A DNA stretch of 64,000 nt. Source: Eledone cirrhosa. Taxonomy: Eukaryota. Both the position numbers and the translations under genes were made by a program. Location of the stretch: assembly GCA_964016885.1 (NCBI GenBank), contig OZ024742.1:116684001-116748000 (forward strand). Direction: 5' to 3'. The notes under the pieces were generated by a model. That model ran no database searches. It was not told where the DNA came from and was given only the letters and a program-made list of their open reading frames with translations. Below are positions 1 through 14,353 of the stretch, piece by piece (the first letter of the stretch is position 1; each line of letters begins with the position of its first letter).

Positions 1-867
1 ACAAACCAGAGATTTGAAGTCAGTTTGTGTCAAATCTTTGCAGCTTTTTCCTTTATGGTGAAAACAATTATCTTGTAATAAAATTCAAGTCGATTTTTCA
101 TTCTTTCAATCATCACGCTATTATGTAGTATAGAATAAAACATTATCATTGATCACATTATGCCAATCCTGGCCTAGCAAAAAGCATAAGCTTTAAAATC
201 TCACTCAGATTTACCATTACACTGATAATTTTGCTGTTTAGTAAGTATTGTTAGGACAGAAGTATACTATTAAAAATAAATGATGCCTACAATAAAGTTC
301 TGATTTTTATTAAAGTCCTCTCTTTCTACATATTTTGTTAATGCCATTAACAAGAAACATCTACCTTCTCTTAAAAATATAAGTTATTGTAATTCAGTTA
401 TTTTCAAACATTTTTATCCAGTTTAACCAATGGCAACGTTTTGAAAGTAAATGTACCTCTATCTCTTTTTGCTCAGTTATTTGGGTCTACTTCCCCACAA
501 TAATACAGTAACGGATGAAGGAATAATTTTAAAATATCGTTTTCATTATTATTATTTTCAGTTGAAATAACTGTAATAGCCCCAAACAACATTCTTTTAT
601 TGATATACTGAGTTCTTCCACAATAGTGTTGTTAGATGTCTCCAGATTTTCTGTTTCCTGCTTCAATGAACTAAGATTTTTCTTATTTCAATGTTTCTGG
701 TATTCAGCAATGACACCAAGTACCAATCATCTTGAAAGCTTGACATAGTGGATTTTTGTAAAGCTGATAATTATATTAAAAATACAAGCAATGTTGATGG
801 AGTGAGATGTATTGCATGAATTTCTTTCTCTAGTTTGATGGGAAGATCCATTGAGATGAGATGAAAT

Positions 868-902
868 GATACACACACACAGGCATACACACATACAGGC
901 AT

Positions 903-953
<51 letters not shown>

Positions 954-960
954 CATACAT
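868..960. repeat. (CA)n/(TA)n microsatellite
   Basis: Directly visible dinucleotide runs; they explain the spurious CV/YI-rich ORFs here. Confidence 0.95.
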
Positions 961-3900
961 TCCATAGTGCTGGTACCACAATGAGGTACCCTCAGTACAC
1001 ACTATGGGGTGATTGGCAGTGAGAGGAGCGTCCAGAAGTAGAAGCCATGCCTAAAAGTTTTGAAATGACCCTTTCATCACAATAAACTCTCGAGCCTCAA
1101 AAAGTGCACCCAGTACTCTCTAGAAATGTGTTAGTGATACTAGCTGCATCCAGTCATAGAGATATTGCCAATCAAAGGGTAGAGAGAAGTTTTCAGTAGT
1201 GTCAAAGACATGGCAATCTCACTTCTAGTGGTGTTACAATAAAATGCACCTAGTGTACTCTGTAGTGTGCAGGAACATGTGTGATATGGACACTGGCTAT
1301 CTGAGAGAACTCATTCCAGTTAAAAATTAACTTTCATGGAAAATCTATCATTTTTACATGTTGTTTCCATGCTGGCATAGGTTTAACAAGTGTTTTTGAA
1401 GCAGTATTCTACAGCTGGATGCCCTTTCTGAGGCCAAGCAACCGTGGCTTATTTTTTGAACCCTTCTTCGTTTGGCAATCTGTCAAGCTGCAGAATATAT
1501 TATTTATGCAACACATTAAAAATTGTACTGGTTGTTTAAGCAGGGTCAATATAAAGACAATGTGTGTGTAAAACAAGTGTCTAACAAATTTAGCTCACAA
1601 AACATTGATCGACGTGAGACTATAATACAAGACAATTGACAAAGATGTCACACAGTGAGATGGAACACAAAACTAGATGATAGCAAAGCAAACTTCTTAA
1701 CTACACAGTTATAGCTCACAATATCAAATTATATATACAGCATTTAGTTGTTTACTAGCTAATTAGTGAGCTTCTAAATGGTTTTTAGAGCTTCTATAAA
1801 TAGCAGTTAAATCTCTCCAAAATCTCATTCTGCTCTCTTACAAAAATAAGCAAGTAGTTCTGTATATACTATATCTACAAAACAAGCTGTGATAGTTCCA
1901 GTTTGAATGTATTTCATCTTTTTTCTGATCAAACAAAGCTAACCTCGGACTAAACAGCAACAAAAAGGAATTCTTGTTAATGTGGGTTCAGATTCAAATG
2001 TTTAATGTACTTTTACAGTCATAACTAGACTTTCACTATGTAACATTACTTAATGAATACAATGTATATGATACATTTATGCCATCTATAGGATACATTT
2101 AGCGCGTCTGTTAGACTATTTCTAATGCATTCTGTTTCACTGTTAAACCTTTTTTATATCAAGCCACCTGAAACCTCCCCTGGTTCTGTGATACAAAACT
2201 ATTTTTAAAATAGAACTCTTTTACTATGAAATCAGAGTCCATTTCATGCATATTTCCATCTTTAAGAGTCTTCACCATATTTCATTATATAACATCTGCA
2301 TGCATGAGCACACCATTCTTTATATTAATACATAAAATTATTTCTAATTGTGCTCCCAAATATTCAAACTGATCCTCAAAATGTTCAAAATGTTCCTCCT
2401 GTGGTATGTGTGCTACACATTCCTAATCATTGGTTTAGATGTGTATATTGATCCTTAAACTGGCTTGGATTTATTTCATTGATCTCTCGACTCTTCCCAA
2501 AGTTAAGATGTAAACTTGACCCAGTAGGACTAATTATATAAACCTTCCTCTACTGATTCTGACCTTCCAACACTTATTGTAAATTCTAATATTAAAAATA
2601 TTAATATTCATGATTTGTCTGAAGACTCTTTAACGTCAAATAAGAAGTTCTATAGAGATATATGGTTTAAAAAGTTGTGCTTTTCTTGTGTTAGTGCCAG
2701 GCTGCAAGTTTCAGTGCCAAAATGTAAGTGTTGTATATTATTGCAACCAACACTTTGCATTAGCATAGACATAAATGTATCAATATGTGGAAGACACTGG
2801 GACCTTCAGAACATATAATTAAAAGCCAAGGAATTTGGAAAGTTCTTGGTTTTACACAAAATGTTGCTGTGCTTGATTCAATTATAATAAATACTAATAT
2901 CTTGTACTATAGTTGATGTATGAAAGTAATTTCTATTGAAGTTAACATTTTCATGCAATGTCCTATAAGTATATCATTAACCATGGGCTCCAGCAGAGCT
3001 TAGTGGTCAAGAAAATTGCTTTATAATCATACATGTTCCGGGTTCAATCTCACTTCATGACATCATGTGCAAGTGTCTTTAAATAAACCTTTGATTGACC
3101 AAGCCTGTGAATGAATTTCGGTAGACAGAAACTGTGTGGAAATCCATTAGTCAAGGAGGGAAGGGTAGTGTGAAAGATTTTGTCAGGACCTCTGAAACTA
3201 GTGGGAGAGAAGGAGAGAAGGTATCTTTAAACCAAAGGCTTAGTCTGAATGTTTCTAATAGGGGGAACTGATTAAGTCTACCACCCAAGTAGATTACAGT
3301 GGAGAAACAACTACCACAAGGTATCTTTTCCAATACTCTGACATTTCCACCAGTCCTCTGCTCTGAACTGGCACTTTATTTTATTGACTTCTGAAAGGAT
3401 GAAAGTAAATGGGATTTAAGCTCAGAGGACAAAGAGCTGGAACAACTTCCACAAAGCAGTTTGTCCTTCCCACCTTGTACTTGATAGTCAAACGTCCAGC
3501 ATTTTCACACTGTGTCTCACCAATTCATTATCAACATCATCATTGTTTTTACATTAACATTTCCATGCTGGCATAGGTTGAACGAGACTTTGTGAGGTAA
3601 TGCTTTAGGGCCAGATGCCTTTCCTAACACTAACCATTTAATCATTACTTACACAGGGATATAGTTGACCTGTGATAAACTGAATACATATGATTCTCTC
3701 TGGGAATTACAAATATTTTAATTGAAAAGGCAGATGTATGAAGACATACAGGTTTTAGGTTGGGGTACTGCTTTTATGTTTGTATATTCACAGTTTTGAT
3801 CCTTCGGTTAAGTGATGTAGTGTAATCTTGAGTAAAGTATGTCATTTCACATTACTCTAGTCCACTTTGCTAAAAATGAATACCAGAAATAGCCAAGATT

Positions 3901-4384
3901 TAACCTTGCAAAGATCAGGAAAACTCAGTTGCAGACTTGTATTTTCAGTTCTTTAACCTCACATGAAACTGAGACAAGCCCTGAAAAGGACTTCAAACAT
4001 GTTTATCAGCGATTTACATGATAATTTAACAAATTTTATATATGGTTGATCAAACAGCTAAATAATCATCGTTGAAAGAGATGAAGGATCCGTCATATCA
4101 TTAAACAATATTGAAAGTTGGAAGAAAGTGTTTCAGTATATTTTCTTAATTAGTAATATCGTGCTTTTAATCACAGTTAACCAATTTGTTTCTCTAATCT
4201 CCTATTCATTGACAATATTTAATTCAGTGTGAACTCTATGGAATAGATTTTAATGAATCTACCTGATGTTAATTCACAATATTCATGGAATATACTTTCA
4301 AGATGCTTTTATATTATTAATGGGGAAAATCTATCATGGGTAAATATTTTCTAGTTATTGGCAAATAATATACCAATTATTGCT

Positions 4385-4672
4385 AAGGATAATGATGTAA
4401 ATGACGATGAGAATGGTCATGATGATGACTGTCATGTTGGTAATAGCTATGATGGTGATGGTAATGATAGTGATGGTAGCAATGTGAATGGTGATTGTGA
4501 CAATGAGCATAGTGATGATGATTATGATGGCAATGCTAGTAGTAATGGCAATGATGATGATGATAATGACAATGGTTATGGTGATGATGATGGTGGTAAT
4601 GGTGGTGATGGCAGTAATTATGATGGTGGTGATGGAAATGATGATGATGATAGTAGGGAGATGATGATGATT
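4385..4672. repeat. Degenerate (GAT/GGT)n trinucleotide low-complexity tract
   Basis: Imperfect GAT/GGT/AAT repeats produce the D/N/G-rich ORF 4358-4723. Confidence 0.85.
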
Positions 4673-5595
4673 ATGTTAACAGTGAAAATGAAATTGATAT
4701 GGAAACAACATGCAGGCAACTGACTAATATTAGATAAACAGTTGAGAATCATATTACCTGGTTTCTTGACCTGCTAAAAATAGTAGCAGTAGGTCTAATT
4801 TACTATCTAGTTTAACACTATCAATTGGCTGTTGGGTGATCTTTTTGGAGTTCATTTTGTTGTAAGGATTTGGATAAATCTTCTGGTCTGAGAATATAGG
4901 ATAACTCTGATCTATTTTCTCCCATTTTCCTTCCTGCAAAGCTTGCAGTTCCCAACCAGGGATCTGCCAAGGTAGCATTGATTTTAATAAATGATGTCAT
5001 TTAAAGTGAAAATGTAGAAAACCAGTAGACTAAGACATTATTCTTTTTTGTAATCAACCCAATTTCCTTGAAATCACACCTTATTGGGGTTTTTTTTAAA
5101 TCATCCCACATTAGATAATGTAGTCCAAAATACATTAAGCTTGAAACAAAAAATGATGGAGACCACATCTGGAATGGCTTTGATTGGAAGGCATATTTTA
5201 ATTCAACCTCACTCGCTACCCCCGAGGATAACGGTTTCACCATTCTGCCCACTAGAAGCATGAGGTGGCTTATGCTTAGGATTCTGCATACCAGAGAGCA
5301 TTCACCCACACTGTCTGGGCTTGTATCATTAGGGTAGTGAGTATTTTTCTCATGTCCAGGAAAGAGACAAGACACATACCTATATATACACAGTGAAGAG
5401 ACAAGACACATCATCATCGTTTAACATCTTCCACACTAACATATGCATAGAGTGGAGAGATAATCACATATACAGTGAAGAAGTTGTAGAGACAGAAGTC
5501 TGATGATCCATATCTCTGGTGCAGAAGACAATAAGTTGTAAAGATATATAAATTGATGTGAAGCAAAAACAAGACATTTAACCAGGTATTATTAT

Positions 5596-5778
5596 TGGCA
5601 GTATCAGTAGAGGGTCGGACGCCATGCTTTGACGCAAAGAGTTATGTCCCTTTATGATCTGAGTTCAAATCCCGCCGAGGTTAACTTTGCCTTTCATCCT
5701 TACGGGGTTGATAAAATAAAGTACCAGTAATGTACTGGGTAATTGCTGGCCTTGTGCCAAAAGTAGAAACAATTATTA
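5596..5778 (+). mobile_element. SINE with tRNA-like head, GCCTTTCATCCTT..GGGGTTGATAAAATAAAGTACC core and (ATT)n tail
   Basis: B-box-like GAGTTCAAATCCC. The core recurs at 20958-21140 (-) and 48325-48420 (+), and in degenerate form elsewhere. Confidence 0.8.
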
Positions 5779-7860
5779 CAATAAACAAAATTGGAGATAA
5801 CATTTTTGAAGATAACATATTTGGTTATATAGGTGTGATAATTAGGAAGAAAGAAAGAGAGAATTAAATGAACAAAGGAATGCATATTTATGTATAGATG
5901 GATAAATAGATGTATGTATGTCCACATTATATATATCCATGTGTGTGTTTTTGAATGGATGGTTGAATACATAGATTCTATGATAAAACAATGAAAGTTT
6001 GACACAAATGAAGGGGTAGAAACAACAAAAATAGGTTCAAGACGTCACATTAACAACGTCTAGTCGAGTGAAAACAGGTATTATAAATTAAGTGATTTAT
6101 AATGGAACAAAACAATTTCTTAGGAGAATGCTTGCATGCTGTTAAATGTTCTGACCTTAAATTCAATCTATGTGAATACTGATACAATGTAAGTATCTTT
6201 TCAACTAGTCAAAGGTGCATGATCCTAGACATCAAACAATACTATGCCTACTGGATTCTCTCTAAGACATCAATGTACTTTAATAGAGCAGTTAGAAAAC
6301 ACTTTTGAGGGTTGATACAGGAATATCATTGCTGAGAAATTCATCTTAAGCATATCTCTAGTAACTCCTGTGTAAGACTTCAACATTCCTAGATTACAGT
6401 TTAACATTCAATATCATAGAACCACTTGTTCATCTTAATAAAAAATTACTATTCAACAAATCTTTGAAAATTCTATCAGATGGAAATATTTGCTTATTCA
6501 CACTTTCGTCTTCATTTGATTTTATGTCGCTTCACATATACATGGAGTTAGTTTCATTTCATAGCATATATAAAACATGGCTTTGTTACTAGAATTAATT
6601 AGATAGTGGATTAACAGAATGAGTAGTGTGACAACTAAAATTATTTATAGTAGTTAAAGCATCTTTATGTTCTGATTTCAAATCCTGCTGAAGTCAAATT
6701 TCCCTTTCATTCTTCCAACAATCAATAATTTGTGCACCATAAATCTGTAACGAATCTAAGCAGAGATTTGAAATATTGTTCCCCCAGTTGGCAAAGTAAA
6801 TCATGTGACCACACATGCCAATGTCTGGCCTCATAGATAAGGGATTTTCCTCATACTGTAACCGATATATTAGTTTTTTTTATATGTAAATTATTGTATA
6901 TTAAAGTATATATCATCATGCTCCTGCTGTCTCAATCATTTGAATAATCTCCAACATGAAACTCAGAGTAATCATTCAATAAAAAATACAAACAAGATGT
7001 TCTCTATCATGTCTCTCATGATAGTTCTACCCGATAAAAAAAAGTTTATACTACATTCCTTTTTCCTTTGATTAACTAAATGAAGATTGTGTTGTTTTAG
7101 AATTTTTTTGTGGTGTATATGACAAATTACTATCTGATTCAGTATTCAATTTTGTTTATGTATTTAATCATTTTTTTTCCTTCATATATTTAAATATTTT
7201 AATCAACTTATGGGCACCCATGCATCATAAATAAGAAAGATATCATTTGAATTGAAAGACATTAAACATATCAACCAAAAACTATCATCACTGAATGTAC
7301 AGGAAAGTACATATGAAAAATGTGTTTTGAAAAAAAATTATAGATATAATGAATATTCTCTGAAGCTATAATAGTAGTAGACCTTGTAACATCATTGATT
7401 CTTCAAATGAAATATATTAATTTCTACATTAAAATCTAAGGTGAATAAATATTTATTTCGATTTTATATATTATTATTATTATTATTTTTTTTTTTTTTT
7501 TAGAATTTTCTGTCATGTTTTAATGAAGAACTTATTCTTTCTCAAAAGAGAGTATAAATAAGGCTCTTTTTATACCAACAACCAAAGACCAGCCCTGATT
7601 CTATGTTACAAACCTTTCATTTTAAATCTAAAATATTTAGATGAAAACATTTTAACATAATTTTATGACAGCCCTAAAAATAATAGAATAATCACAATTG
7701 GAATGCATGTGATCATACATATTTGCTTGATGAGGGATAACCTTGGGTAGAGGAAGCACTGTACTTCTTCCTTTGTTTCCCTCAATCATTAGCTTTTGCA
7801 TTTAGAATATATATAAGTCCATCAAATGCGTGTTACTTTGTTGTTCTTTGAATGAAATAC

Positions 7861-7908
7861 ACATCTTCTGATGAGGGCCAAATTAGGTTTGAAAATCGTT
7901 AAAAGGTG
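7861..7908 (+). ncRNA. Degenerate minimal type I hammerhead ribozyme (Penelope-type)
   Basis: acatctt-CTGATGA-gggcc aaatta ggttt-GAAA-atcgtta(a)-aaggtgt. Stem I acatctt/aaggtgt gives 7 bp, stem II is GU-rich, and there is one extra A at the cleavage site. Confidence 0.5.
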
Positions 7909-8101
7909 TTTAACATTTTTTCAATTTTCAGCAAAATTCATATTTCCTGGCATATTTACATGCTTACATATAGAATATGTGTATATTTATATACACATTG
8001 GTGCAGTCTCTGTTACACTGTCTGTATATATACTGATATAATTTTATCATACGCTTCAGCTGCTGGTGCACTTCTTAATATAATATATATATATATATAT
8101 A

Positions 8102-8643
8102 TCATCATCATCACCGTTTTACGTCTGTTCTTCCGTGCTAGCATGGGTTAGATGGGTTGTCCTGTTGTGCACAGTGTCTGGTCAGCTGACCTTGTCTTGT
8201 TTATACGGGAACTTATTCTAGCTTGATTTCTACAGCTGGATGCCCTTCCTAACACCAACTTCATTTACAGTGAGTGCTGGGTGCTTTTTTTCTGTGGCGC
8301 CTACACATCGACTTTACAGTGTGGGCTGGGTGCTTTTTTGCAGTGGGAGGAGGTGGGGGCGTATTGTCTATATGCTTCAGCTTCGGCTTGTACCCGTGGG
8401 GAGTCGGGTCTTCTGTATTACTGCGTGATGCCAGAGGTCATGGTCGTGTGTCATCGCCTTTGAGAGGTGCAATTGTGTAAGGTCGGCTTTTATCACCTCA
8501 TCCCAGGTCTTCTTGGGTCTCCCCACTCTGTGGCTTCCATCCACTTCTAGTGCTCTGCACCATTTTATGCAGCTGTCATCTTTCATATGCATCACATGTC
8601 CATACCAATGCAACCTCCTCTCCTGCACACAGCATTTGATTCC

Positions 8644-8644
<1 letters not shown>
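8102..8644 (-). mobile_element. 5'-truncated RTE-clade LINE (ORF C-terminus, 3' UTR, (ATG)n tail)
   Basis: ORF 8377-8628 reads QERRLHWYGHVMHM..GRPKKTWDEVI. The 3' UTR and tail match the 43031-44880 copy. Flanked by (TA)n. Confidence 0.92.
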
Positions 8645-8675
<31 letters not shown>

Positions 8676-10765
8676 GTTATTTTTATAAATTATTGAAGCA
8701 CTAGGCAATTTGAAATTTTTCAAAATGTAGGAGTTGCAAATGCAGAAAATAACCATATCAGTTGATAACTATAAATAATAGCTTAGAAGATTAGGTTAAG
8801 TGCTCCTAGTGATTGTAAAAGAAAATGGCCATTAGCTGCTACCAAGAATTGAACCATATCTCTCAAATTCCAGCTGAGCTATGATCAGTTATTTTCTGCA
8901 TTTAAGATTCTTATATTTTCATGTAAATAAATAAATAAATATAATATATATGTATATATATAATGACTGAATGAACAGAAAAAAAGAAATAACTTATAGT
9001 ACAAAATTGAGAATGTTAACTTAATGCTCTGGAGAACTAAAGAAATGTTAAATATGTTGTTTTGGGCTATGACATTCTTCATAAAAATGAGAAAGTATTA
9101 AGGAAAAATAAAGGAAAAAGGGTGAGGCAAAACGGTTACATTGTGTTAGGTTCATACAAACAATGCATATACACCCATGCTGAAAAGTTTCGACCTACAC
9201 AAATTCATGCTCAAAGATTTTGTTTACTAAACTAAGTTTTCACAGTCATGGATCAAAGTCAGAACCACATCTGTTTGACAGAAAGTTTCTTTGCCTAGAC
9301 AAACATATGTGCTTTCACTCATTTTATTTAACAGTACAATACTTATCAGCTTTAGTTCTAACACTTAAACACCAAGAAAGTTTGATTGCTGATCTAGATT
9401 ACATTGTATAGATATAGTGGTTTTAATAGATTTCATAATAATACAAAAATATATCAAACTTGAATACAACTTCATATAAAATGTTTAAAATCAATTTGCT
9501 ATATTAGAATTGATATGTATGTGTGTGAGAATATACTTATGTATGTCTATATATATATATAACCAATATATCTGTTAAATAACTGTATATTTGTGAGTTT
9601 CTTTTCTATTTTTCTCCAGGCTCCCATTCTATGTTCTGCCTCTTTTCCCTCTCCTCTCCCTTCTCTCCTTTTTTTAGATAAATATGTCTATTTTACAATG
9701 GTGTTATACAATGGGCCTTGGTTTCATCAATGTGTAAATTCTTTGAAGGGGCAGGGGGTTATTGAGACACAAAAAAATATATATCAAAAACAGTATGTAT
9801 TAGTCTGATCTCACCCCACCATCCACCATCACCACCACATCACCATCACCACCACTTCCCCACCACTCCACCTTCATCACAATTCAGTTTTTCAGTTTTT
9901 GATTGTTTTGTGTTGAATGCTGGAAATCAATATCTAACTAACACAATTTATTCCAATACAAGTAACATGGGGAGAGAGGGGGTGAAGAGAGAGAGACAGG
10001 CACACAGACAGTATATGTATTTTTGCTTCACTGGATCTATTTACTATTGTTCTTCTAGCTGATATTGTTAATGATGATGTTGTTTTCAGCTCCAAGCACC
10101 TGTTCATTCAGAAAATTTCCTAGATTAGTTAGATGTTTTTGTTATGTTTTTATGTTAATTCATTTTTATGTGGTTGTGTTGGTGGTGGTGGTGGTGGGTG
10201 ATAGTGGCATTTGTTTGTCTTATTTGTGTTTTTTGTTGTTGTTTTGGAATAATACATAAAGTTTGCATATGGTAAACTGAACTAAATTGAATCTTATAAA
10301 GTTTATGTATGGTTAAACTAGCTAATATATATATAATTACAATTAGGTATCTCTTTTATAGTTTCCACTCTCTATCAGCCACATTGTCTATCTCTCTTTG
10401 TCTGTCTGTCGCTCTCTATGTCTCTATCACACTCTCACCAACTATCTGATGCATGCGCAAACACACACACACATATACAAACACACACACATTCATTATT
10501 TCACATACACACATATACAAACAAACACAGATACATGTATACAAAAGTTCATTATCTCTTTCTAAAACATATATTATCTTCCGACATCCCCACCTTCATC
10601 CTCTCCTCTTTATATTTCAGAGACTTTCAATAGCTGATTATCAATTCACCTGCAAATAGTGTATCTAGAAATTCAATAACATAGCAACAGTGTATTTTAC
10701 TGAATGAAATTCGGGTGAAAATTGTAGCAAAAGAATGGAGGCATTTGTTTTTGTAATATTTTAAT

Positions 10766-10898
<133 letters not shown>

Positions 10899-12964
10899 TA
10901 TTAGTAGAAAATGGTTGGTGATAGGAAGTGATTGAAAACCTCCCAAACATAGGGATGGGAACACTCATCAGCTGTGTCAAAGACAAGATAATTTCATTAG
11001 TGCTGGTGCAATGATATATTGCACTCAGTAACCAGTGGGAACATATGTGAGATGTGGGCCCCTGGCCTGTCCAAGCAGTGTGTGAAATGCCAGAATATAA
11101 GCATGCACAATGCAGGTTTCTAGTCCAACTGAAACTGAAGTAGCTTCACTTCAGTACCTAGTCATATTGAGATGACTCATCCAAACTTTGGTACTAAGGA
11201 AAAATTAAGTTAATGATGATGATGAAAAGTATGCTATAAATTGTATTAAGAAATGCACACCTTACAGTAAGTTCATGCATTTAAAGGTGTAGAGATATAT
11301 GCATATACATTTTTTCTTTACATGGCCCTACTCAACAACATGATAAATGAATTACAATAAACCTACACTATCCATGTTACATCATATAAAATACAATTAC
11401 TCAGCTACTACAACCAAAATTATTCACCAGAATATTTTACATCTGATCAACAAAACTAAATTACCGAAATTACACCATACAAAATACAAATCCTTAGTTA
11501 TAAATAAACATAGTTTTTAACACATTAAAACAGCATTAAAACCAAATTTATCCACAACTACACAATATCTAATAAATAAAAATCAAAAACTCATAACCAA
11601 GTAATAAATGTAAATCAAAATCAGAAACCGAATCTCTAACACCTCAAATGAGACGATAACATAGTAAAATTAAAATTAGAATGAACCCCCTATAATGGTA
11701 TTAAGAAGATGAAGTTTGTCAGGTGACAATCACCCTTAATTTTTGGTCTCTATCAAGTTGTAGCTCCCAGAAGATTAAGTATCATATATTCTGTAGTGCA
11801 CTAAATACTGAATCATATTAACTACGAATCCAAGAGTTACACAACTATCATACATGATGGTTGTCAACTGTTAGAACCCATATAAAGCTAACCTAATCAA
11901 TCCTTCTATCAAGAAAATATGTTCAAACTACAAATTTACCAAAACATTAACTAAACACATCATAAACCAGCAAAGAAATCAAAATTTAGAATTAACAATT
12001 AAATTTGGAATAAAACAAAATACACCATATTCACAATTATAGATTATTTCCAACACTTGAATCTAGATATCCTTGTCCAAAAACAAACAAAAACTTATAG
12101 TACACCATCCAGCTGAAGAACGTTAAATTCAGAATAAACAAATAAATTAGAATTGGAAGTTAAATGTACAAAATAGAATGTAAAATCAATATTAAATTAA
12201 TACCTGGTTTGGGGCATGTAAGAAACCTTTTATTTTGTGTTAAACACAAAGTAAAATATGATAAAATTAGATATTTTATTATATTCTTCCAAATTCTTGA
12301 TTATTTTCAGAATTATTTCAAATACATGAACAGTGTGTCATCATAAAAGAGTTTATAATGCGTAGGTTTTAAAATGTATTTTAATTTAAATATACACAGG
12401 AAGCTTAGACAGCTAGCCTTTTTGAGCAGATCTGTAACCAAAGGCTTTCTAGCAATTATCATCCTATTTTAATGTGTATGTAGGTTGCAATGTACATTCT
12501 GTACTCTCCTTGTCAAGTATGATTTGACAGAGATTTGGCTGTTATTTGTAGCAGGTCAAGCAACTGTTTAAAGCAGATCTTGGCAAACATTTCAAATTGG
12601 CAACACACTAAAAATATAATTTTTGGTTACACAGTAAGTGTGTTTAGCCAAACATAATCATCAAAATAAATACATAGATGATTAAATTTCATATCATGTC
12701 TCATTAGACATCATTCTATCCAGAGTTGTCAGATCTCAAATATTCATAAAAATATATCAGATTTAACTTAATTGAGCAACACACAGATCATTAACAATAG
12801 AGTAAAATGTTGTAATGCAGCTTAAAAACTTCTGTCGTAGAAACTACCTTGATGGCCCAGCAAATAGGAACCTTTATACTATGGAACCAGAGGTGTTCTT
12901 TGGTAGATTATTATCAATATGATTATTAAGTTATAATCTCGCTATCTAAACTGATGGAGAAGTC

Positions 12965-13280
12965 TTCTTCATCATCATCATCATCACTGTTTAACACCCA
13001 TTTTTCCACGCTGGCATGGGTTAGACAAGTTATCCTGTTGTAAGCAATGCTACGTCAGGTGACTGTCATGCTCATACTGAACCAACTTTGACATGGTTTC
13101 TTCAGTGGGATGCCCTTCCTAGCACCAACCTCATTTACAGTGAGTACTGGGTGCTTTTTGTGTGACACCTATATGACCACTTTACAGTGTGAACACGGTG
13201 CTTTTAGCTATGACTCCAACATGACCACTTTACTGTGTGGGCATGGTGCTTTTTGTCATGTCGCTATCATAACCAGTGTG
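12965..13280 (-). mobile_element. RTE 3' UTR/tail fragment (or RTE-tailed SINE)
   Basis: (CAT)n followed by ttttccacgctggcatgggttagac and ggatgcccttcctagcaccaacc, as in the RTE copies. Confidence 0.75.
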
Positions 13281-14306
13281 GAGTAGAAGCTTCACTGGAT
13301 GTATATTTCAGCTTGTCCTCATTTGAGATGTATGGAAAGTGTTTAAATTAGACAGACTGCATCTCATTTAATCTCACCCAATCTTCTAATCAAACCAGGG
13401 TAACATACTCATGCCAGATGTCTCACCCCACCATCCTTGTTCGTATTTTTGATACAATGCCTTTTTCAAGTACATTAATAAAGTTAGGGGTTTGTCTACA
13501 ATGGTTAAATTGCCCATGCTACTAAAATATTAGACTTGTGGCTATTTCTTCAGGATGTCTCACAGAGTGACCTGCTAATCATAATCTCTGCTGAGTTATA
13601 ATTTTCAATAAATTAGGACAGGCCCTCTTGAAGTGCTGTGTTAGTGGTGTGACTTTTGAAAGTGATGTTAAGAACCATCCATAACATACATGAGTGGATT
13701 CTATCTAATTGATTTTCAAGTGTTTGTGGGAGTGTCTTCTTCAAAATTAAGACAGATTAAATCTATGCTAAAAGGAGAGACCTTCATAAATATCAAATTT
13801 CTGTTCACTATATTTTAGCCCAATATATACTGTCAATAGATTAGTAGAATCATTAGTATTTCAAAAGAAATACTTGAAAGGATTTCTTCCATTTTTTTTT
13901 TTTTTACTCTCTGAGTAAACAACTTTGCCTTTCAATTTTCAGTGTGGGAGGGAGGGGCATTATAATTGACTTTCCCCTATCCCGATATTGCTGGTCTTGT
14001 GCCTAAATTAGAAACAATTATATATCACAACTTTTGTATAGAAGTTCATCAACAAACATTCTGAAAAGCCATCAAACTTTGTATTGTTAATATCTAAATA
14101 GCATAGCCTAACTTTTTATAAAACTGAATAAATGGTGTAAAACCAGTGCAAATCTGATTATTAATTATATTATCTGTTGCAGAATAATTTGATTTGTAGA
14201 ATTATATGGAGAATTATGTTAACAATGGCTAAAATTTGATACCAAAGAGAATACTTAAATAACATGAAACTGTCTGGAAAAGAAGAAATGATTTCATGAT
14301 CGTTAA

Positions 14307-14353
<47 letters not shown>

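Noticed and set aside
4358-4723. 121-aa Asp/Gly/Asn-rich ORF
   Set aside because: Arises from a degenerate (GAT)n tract, with a non-ATG start and no splice or domain support.
4752-4800. Possible minus-strand microexon (tttttagcag|gtcaagaaaccag|gtaata)
   Set aside because: The same gctattt.tagcaggtcaag motif occurs in an interspersed repeat (e.g. ~12540, ~19650).
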